Positions 53,133 to 58,281 of a stretch of 58,281 bases of DNA are shown one piece after another. The translations under genes were made by a program, and so were the position numbers. The stretch comes from Gammaproteobacteria bacterium (GTDB lineage: Bacteria; Pseudomonadota; Gammaproteobacteria; UBA9214): assembly GCA_049667605.1 (NCBI GenBank), contig JBATIF010000204.1, positions 1 to 58,281 on the forward strand. The letters run 5' to 3'. Positions within the stretch are counted from its first letter, which is position 1; each line of letters starts with the position of its first letter. Under the pieces are notes generated by a model. The model made no database searches, had not been told where the DNA came from, and saw nothing but the letters and a program-made list of their open reading frames with translations.

Positions 53133-56100
53133 ATGAAAAAAATCACTGAATTACTGGATGAGCGCATTCTCTTCCTGGATGGCGCCATGGGAACCATGAT
53201 CCAGCGTCACAAGCTGGAGGAGGCGGATTACCGTGGTGAGCGCTTCGCCGACTGGCCCTCGGACCTGAAGGGTAACAATGACCTGCTGAGCCTGACCCGG
53301 CCCGGGGTCATCCGCGAAATCCATACGCAGTACCTGGAGGCGGGCGCGGATATCATCGAGACCAACACCTTCAACTCGACGCGTGTTGCCATGGCCGACT
53401 ATGGCATGGAGGAGCTGTCCTTCGAAATCAATGTCGCCTCGGCACGGCTTGCCCGCGAGGCGGCAGATGAACTGAGCGCAAAAACACCTGACAAGCCTCG
53501 CTTCGTCGCCGGTGTACTGGGTCCAACCAACCGTACGGCCTCGATATCCCCCGACGTCAACGACCCGGGTTTCCGTAACATTTATTTTGACGAACTGGTC
53601 GATGCCTACACCGAGTCTGTCCGCGCCCTGATTGAGGGTGGCGTCGATATCATCCTGATCGAGACCATATTCGATACCCTGAACGCAAAGGCCGCGGTTT
53701 TTGCCGTTGAACAGCACTTTGAGGACTCGGGCAGCCGCTTGCCGGTGATGATTTCCGGCACCATCACCGATGCCTCCGGTCGTACACTGACCGGACAGGT
53801 AACCGAGGCGTTCCTCAATTCATTGCGCCATGCAAGACCGCTGTCTATCGGACTCAACTGTGCACTCGGTGCTGACCAGTTGCGCCAGTACGTCGAGGAA
53901 CTGTCTCAGCTTGCTGATATGCGTATCTCGGCACATCCAAATGCCGGTCTACCGAATGAGTTTGGCGAATACGATGAAACCCCGCAACACATAGCCGCAG
54001 AACTGGGTGACTGGGCCGCCAACGGCTTTCTGAATATTGTCGGTGGCTGCTGCGGCACCACGCCGGATCACATCAGGGCAATCGTCGCGGCGGTTAGTCC
54101 ACATCCGCCGCGCCAGGTGCCCGTCATAGAAAAACAATGCCGCCTGTCGGGGCTTGAACCCTGCAACATCGGCAGCGACAGTCTTTTCGTCAATGTCGGC
54201 GAGCGTACCAATGTCACCGGCTCGGCGCGCTTCAAGCGCCTTGTCATGGAAGGCGATTACGAGACCGCACTGGCTGTTGCGCGCGAGCAGGTTGAAAACG
54301 GTGCGCAGATCATCGATATCAACATGGATGAGGGCATGCTCGAGTCACGGGACGCCATGGTGCGCTTTCTCAACCTGGTTTCAGCAGAACCGGATATTTC
54401 CCGCGTACCGGTCATGATTGACTCATCCAAGTGGGAGATCATTGAAGCCGGGCTGAAATGCATACAGGGGAAAGGTGTTGTGAATTCCATCAGTCTCAAG
54501 GAGGGTGAAGCGGAGTTTATCCACCATGCAAAACTGGTGCAGCGCTACGGTGCCGCCGCGATTGTCATGGCCTTCGATGAAAAAGGCCAGGCCGATACCC
54601 AGGCCCGTAAGGTCGAAATTTGCACACGCGCCTATGGGATACTGACTGAAAAAGTCGGCTTCAACCCGGAAGATATTATTTTCGATCCGAATATTTTTGC
54701 GATTGGCACCGGCATCGAGGAACACAACAACTACGGAGTTGATTTCATTGAGGCAACCCGTGAAATAAAGGAAAAACTGCCCTATGCACTGGTCTCCGGC
54801 GGGGTTTCCAATGTTTCATTTTCATTCCGCGGCAATAACCCGGTACGCGAGGCAATTCACTCGGTATTTCTCTTTCACGCCATCAAGGCCGGTATGGACA
54901 TGGGCATCGTTAACGCCGGGCAACTGGCAATCTACGAAGAGATCCCTGCCGCGCTGCGCGAGCGTGTTGAAGATGTCGTACAGAACCGCCGCGAAGATGC
55001 GACAGAACGCCTGCTGGATATCGCCGCTGAATATGCAGGTGATGGCAAAAAAGTCATTGCGGAAGATCCGGCATGGCGCCAGTGGGAGATCAACAAGCGC
55101 CTGGAACATTCACTGGTCAAGGGCATTGCGGATTTTATCGAGGACGATACCGAGGAAGCCCGGCTTGCGGCGCTGCGGCCACTGGACGTGATTGAAGGCC
55201 CCCTAATGGACGGGATGAATGTAGTTGGCGACCTGTTCGGGGCCGGCAAGATGTTTCTGCCACAGGTGGTCAAATCCGCACGTGTCATGAAAAAGGCGGT
55301 GGCCTACCTGCTGCCTTACATGGAAACGGGCAAGGATGAAGAGGTGCAGACCAATGGCCGCATCCTGATGGCGACTGTCAAGGGTGACGTACACGATATT
55401 GGCAAAAATATCGTCGGCGTCGTGCTGCAGTGCAACCGTTACGAGGTCATCGATCTCGGGGTTATGGTGGCGGCTGAAACCATTCTGAAAACGGCACGTG
55501 AGAAAAATGTCGATATCATTGGCTTGTCTGGGCTGATTACGCCATCACTGGACGAGATGGTTCACCTTGGCAAGGAAATGCAGCGCCAGGGCTTTACCAT
55601 ACCACTTATGATCGGTGGTGCAACGACTTCACAAATACACACCTCGGTAAAGATAGACCCGCAGTACAGCGGGGCGGTGGTTTATGTCCCCGATGCCTCC
55701 CGCGCTGTCGGCGTTGCCAGTGCGTTGTTGAGCAAGGACAAGCGCGAGGCCTACATCGCCGGAATCAAGGAAAAATATCTGCAGCTGCGTGAGCAGCGTG
55801 CCGGCCAGCAGCAGTCACGCCAGTTCGCCACACTTGCAGAGGCACGCACCAACAAGTTCAGCACCGACTGGAGCAACTACCAGCCAGCCAAACCGGTGTT
55901 ACTGGGTATGAAGGTGTTCGATGACTATCCCCTGGCCGAACTGGTGTCGCATATCGACTGGAGCCCGTTTTTCAAGGCGTGGGAGCTGGCTGGCAAATAT
56001 CCAAAAATTCTCGATGATGAAGTCGTCGGCAAGGAGGCTACCCGCCTGTTCAGTGATGCACAGGCCATGCTGGAGAGGATTGTCAGTGAGAAATGGCTGC

Positions 56101-56807
56101 AGGCCCGCGCCGTCATTGGCATTTTTCCTGCCAATTCCATCGATGACAGTGACGTGGAAATCTTTACGGATGACACGCGCGGTGAAGTGCGGACCGTTTT
56201 CCATTTCCTGCGCCAGCAGATGAAACACCGCAACCAGGCCCCCAACTACAGCCTGGCCGATTACATTGCGCCGAAAGAGTCCGGGGTAAAGGATTACATG
56301 GGTGCGTTTGCAGTCACTGCAGGTATCGGTATCGAAGAGAAGGTTGCAGAGTTCGAGGCCGACCATGATGATTACAACAGCATCCTGCTGAAAGCACTTG
56401 CAGACCGGCTCGCCGAGGCCTTTGCCGAACGCATGCATGAGCGCGTACGCAAGGAATTCTGGGGATATGCAACGGCTGAAAATCTGAGCAATGAAGAATT
56501 GATCAAAGAGCAGTACCGCGGCATCCGCCCGGCGCCAGGATACCCGGCTTGTCCCGATCATACGGAGAAAGGCCTGCTCTGGGAGCTGATTGACCCGGCT
56601 GCAAATGCAGGTATGACCCTCACCGGGAGTTTTGCCATGTTGCCCACGGCCTCGGTTTCCGGTTTCTACTTTTCCCACCCGGAAGCCCGCTATTTCGGTA
56701 TCGGCAAGCTGGCACGCGACCAGGTCGAGGCCTACGCACAGCGCAAGGGCATGAATATCGCGGAAGCCGAGCGCTGGCTGGCGCCCGTCCTTGGTTATGA
56801 CACCTAG
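53133..56807 (+). CDS. metH: cobalamin-dependent methionine synthase
   Basis: All modules are present: Hcy-binding ([11 protein letters not shown]), pterin-binding, B12-binding ([11 protein letters not shown]) and the AdoMet activation domain. ATG at 53133 ([21 protein letters not shown]) is preferred over TTG at 53103. Confidence 0.97.
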   Translation: MKKITELLDERILFLDGAMGTMIQRHKLEEADYRGERFADWPSDLKGNNDLLSLTRPGVIREIHTQYLEAGADIIETNTFNSTRVAMADYGMEELSFEINVASARLAREAADELSAKTPDKPRFVAGVLGPTNRTASISPDVNDPGFRNIYFDELVDAYTESVRALIEGGVDIILIETIFDTLNAKAAVFAVEQHFEDSGSRLPVMISGTITDASGRTLTGQVTEAFLNSLRHARPLSIGLNCALGADQLRQYVEELSQLADMRISAHPNAGLPNEFGEYDETPQHIAAELGDWAANGFLNIVGGCCGTTPDHIRAIVAAVSPHPPRQVPVIEKQCRLSGLEPCNIGSDSLFVNVGERTNVTGSARFKRLVMEGDYETALAVAREQVENGAQIIDINMDEGMLESRDAMVRFLNLVSAEPDISRVPVMIDSSKWEIIEAGLKCIQGKGVVNSISLKEGEAEFIHHAKLVQRYGAAAIVMAFDEKGQADTQARKVEICTRAYGILTEKVGFNPEDIIFDPNIFAIGTGIEEHNNYGVDFIEATREIKEKLPYALVSGGVSNVSFSFRGNNPVREAIHSVFLFHAIKAGMDMGIVNAGQLAIYEEIPAALRERVEDVVQNRREDATERLLDIAAEYAGDGKKVIAEDPAWRQWEINKRLEHSLVKGIADFIEDDTEEARLAALRPLDVIEGPLMDGMNVVGDLFGAGKMFLPQVVKSARVMKKAVAYLLPYMETGKDEEVQTNGRILMATVKGDVHDIGKNIVGVVLQCNRYEVIDLGVMVAAETILKTAREKNVDIIGLSGLITPSLDEMVHLGKEMQRQGFTIPLMIGGATTSQIHTSVKIDPQYSGAVVYVPDASRAVGVASALLSKDKREAYIAGIKEKYLQLREQRAGQQQSRQFATLAEARTNKFSTDWSNYQPAKPVLLGMKVFDDYPLAELVSHIDWSPFFKAWELAGKYPKILDDEVVGKEATRLFSDAQAMLERIVSEKWLQARAVIGIFPANSIDDSDVEIFTDDTRGEVRTVFHFLRQQMKHRNQAPNYSLADYIAPKESGVKDYMGAFAVTAGIGIEEKVAEFEADHDDYNSILLKALADRLAEAFAERMHERVRKEFWGYATAENLSNEELIKEQYRGIRPAPGYPACPDHTEKGLLWELIDPAANAGMTLTGSFAMLPTASVSGFYFSHPEARYFGIGKLARDQVEAYAQRKGMNIAEAERWLAPVLGYDT

Positions 56808-56879
56808 CCGTGTGGCTGCATGCTGGCGGTTGATGAAAGTTTTCTGCCTTGAAACGGGTTTAATGCTTACAATCAACCT

Positions 56880-58010
56880 ATGAGATCATCAACATTCAAG
56901 GCGGCCTGCGCCCGTGGCGAAACATGGCAGTCGGTTATCGATCAGTGCCTCGTAAATCTTGGCACAGAGCCGTCCTCAGCCAACCTGGGGCTGCTGTACC
57001 TGACAGAAGCGCTGGCTCCCTACCTGGATAACCTGGTTGAATATTTGCGCAAGGAAACAGGCATCACCGACTGGGTTGGTACGGTCGGCAGTGGCATCTG
57101 CTACAGCAACCTGGAGATTTACGAAGAGCCGGCAGCCGTTGTTATGCTGGCCACATTGCCCGCGGACAGCTATCGTCTGATTCCCTCGGGGCTGGAAGCA
57201 CTGGCCGACATGCTTGGCAAGAACAAAAACTGGATAGCCGAGCACTCCGCGCATTTCTGCATCGTTCATGGTGATCCGCGTAATACCCATATCGCACAAT
57301 TGATCGAGTCCCTCTCGGCAGAGCTGGACCCCGGTTTTCTCGTCGGCGGCCTGTCTTCTGCCGCCAATGAAGACCTCCAGTTCCAGGTGGCCGGTGAGAT
57401 CTATGAGTATGGGCTGTCGGGTGTGCTGTTCTCCTCTGAAATCCGGGTGATAAGCGCAGTGACCCAGGGCTGCACGCCACTGGGACAGAAGCACATGATT
57501 TCCGGGTGCCAGGGCAATATCGTCGCTGAACTCGATGGCAGACCGGCGCTGGAAGTCTTCAAGGAGGATGTCGGGGAGGTTCTTGCAAAGGATCTTTCAC
57601 GTGTGGCCGGTTATATCTTTGCCGGGTTGCCGGTGAGCGGGTCTGACACCGGCGATTACCTGGTACGCAACCTGATCGGCATCGATCCGGAGCAGCAGCT
57701 GCTGGCCATCGGAGACAACCTCGAGGAAGACGCGACCATCATGTTCTGCAAGCGGGACGGCGACACGGCTCGCGAGGATATGATCCGCATGTTGCAGGAC
57801 CTTAGAAAACGCACCACGGGTGAGATCAGGGGCGGGGTGTATTACAGCTGCCTTGGACGTGGTCGCAACCAGTTCGGAAATAATTCCGAAGAATTAAAGC
57901 TGATCCACGAACAGCTTGGCGACTTTCCGCTGGTCGGGTTCTTCGCCAATGGCGAGATTTCACATAACCGTCTGTATGGTTATACCGGGGTTTTGACGTT
58001 GTTCTTGTAG
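56880..58010 (+). CDS. FIST N/C domain-containing sensory protein
   Basis: The 376-aa protein has no TM segment. Its overall pattern (GLLYLTE...VGTVGSG... / GGLSS... / FFANGEI near the C-terminus) matches stand-alone FIST proteins. Confidence 0.65.
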   Translation: MRSSTFKAACARGETWQSVIDQCLVNLGTEPSSANLGLLYLTEALAPYLDNLVEYLRKETGITDWVGTVGSGICYSNLEIYEEPAAVVMLATLPADSYRLIPSGLEALADMLGKNKNWIAEHSAHFCIVHGDPRNTHIAQLIESLSAELDPGFLVGGLSSAANEDLQFQVAGEIYEYGLSGVLFSSEIRVISAVTQGCTPLGQKHMISGCQGNIVAELDGRPALEVFKEDVGEVLAKDLSRVAGYIFAGLPVSGSDTGDYLVRNLIGIDPEQQLLAIGDNLEEDATIMFCKRDGDTAREDMIRMLQDLRKRTTGEIRGGVYYSCLGRGRNQFGNNSEELKLIHEQLGDFPLVGFFANGEISHNRLYGYTGVLTLFL

Positions 58011-58036
58011 CACACGCACTGCTATCGAAACTTCCG

Positions 58037-58102
58037 GTAGGAGCGCCTTGCAGGCGCGATGCCCATGCATGAGTCCCTATCGCGCCTGCAAGGCGCTCCT
58101 AC
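58037..58102. repeat. REP-like palindromic element (perfect 24-bp arms, 18-nt spacer)
   Basis: GTAGGAGCGCCTTGCAGGCGCGAT (58037-58060) is the exact reverse complement of 58079-58102. The element lies between the convergent FIST gene and fpr. Its left arm recurs at 39553-39573. Confidence 0.9.
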
Positions 58103-58126
58103 GCGACGAAAACCTTTGTACTTCCC

Positions 58127-58281
58127 TTAATCCTTCCAGTATTGCTCCGTCGTTATGTGTCCCGGTTCGCGGCGTTTGTTCTTTTTCAGGCCGCGGGCCT
58201 CAAGTATGGCCTGGGTGTCACGCACCATGGCAGGATTGCCACAGATCATCACCTGCGAGTTCCCGGGCGACAGTGTCAGGC
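58127..58281 (-). CDS. fpr: ferredoxin--NADP(+) reductase, C-terminal fragment (runs off the right edge)
   Basis: The minus-strand translation ...VMICGNPAMVRDTQAILEARGLKKNKRREPGHITTEQYWKD* matches the Fpr C-terminus (LCGNPQMVRDTQ...RRPGHMTAEHYW). Confidence 0.8.
   Translation of the reverse strand, partial: LTLSPGNSQVMICGNPAMVRDTQAILEARGLKKNKRREPGHITTEQYWKD

Noticed and set aside
55899-56876. 325-aa minus-strand ORF
   Set aside because: It is antisense to the metH activation domain and shows shadow-frame composition with no motifs. metH coding is unambiguous here.

Overview
This 58.3-kb window looks like gammaproteobacterial chromosome, moderately GC-rich and densely coding on both strands. 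About 50 CDS are supported. I recognised no rRNA, tRNA, CRISPR array, IS element or prophage gene.

Most of the window is housekeeping sequence with E. coli-like micro-synteny:
- mfd
- purB-(acnA)-hflD-mnmA-(orphan)-nudix
- icd
- clpS-clpA / infA-aat-...-trxB
- ald
- ftsK-lolA-rarA-(crcB-DUF190)-serS
- metH
- fpr (partial, at the right edge)

Two accessory blocks stand out.
1. 10.2-15.9 kb is a tightly packed, same-strand gene string. It starts with a start/stop overlap to dusA and ends in the four-gene organoarsenical (arsenosugar-type) set: arsS radical SAM, arsM methyltransferase and two glycosyltransferase-like genes. Upstream of these lie a fatty-acid hydroxylase, a TVP38 membrane protein and an internally deleted flavoprotein disulfide reductase remnant.
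2. 41.8-52.9 kb, between serS and metH, is an 11-kb cluster I cannot assign to any described system. It is my best candidate for something undescribed, with a function in the cell envelope. It contains:
   - two TLC-type (ATP/ADP-translocase-like) transporters, one fused to HEAT repeats
   - an e(P4)-type lipoprotein 5'-nucleotidase
   - two paralogous exported class-A beta-lactamase-fold hydrolases
   - a 979-aa PEP-utilising/ATP-grasp dikinase-like protein with a signal peptide and permuted domain order
   - a secreted Met/Gly/Pro/Trp-rich protein

Smaller structural observations are a REP-like 24-bp palindromic element present in two copies, an inverted duplication of the aat 3' end, and a perfect 14-bp palindrome in a divergent promoter region. 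arsS and arsM also sit in the same frame, separated by a single TGA.

All product calls come from reading motifs in the supplied translations. No database search was run.
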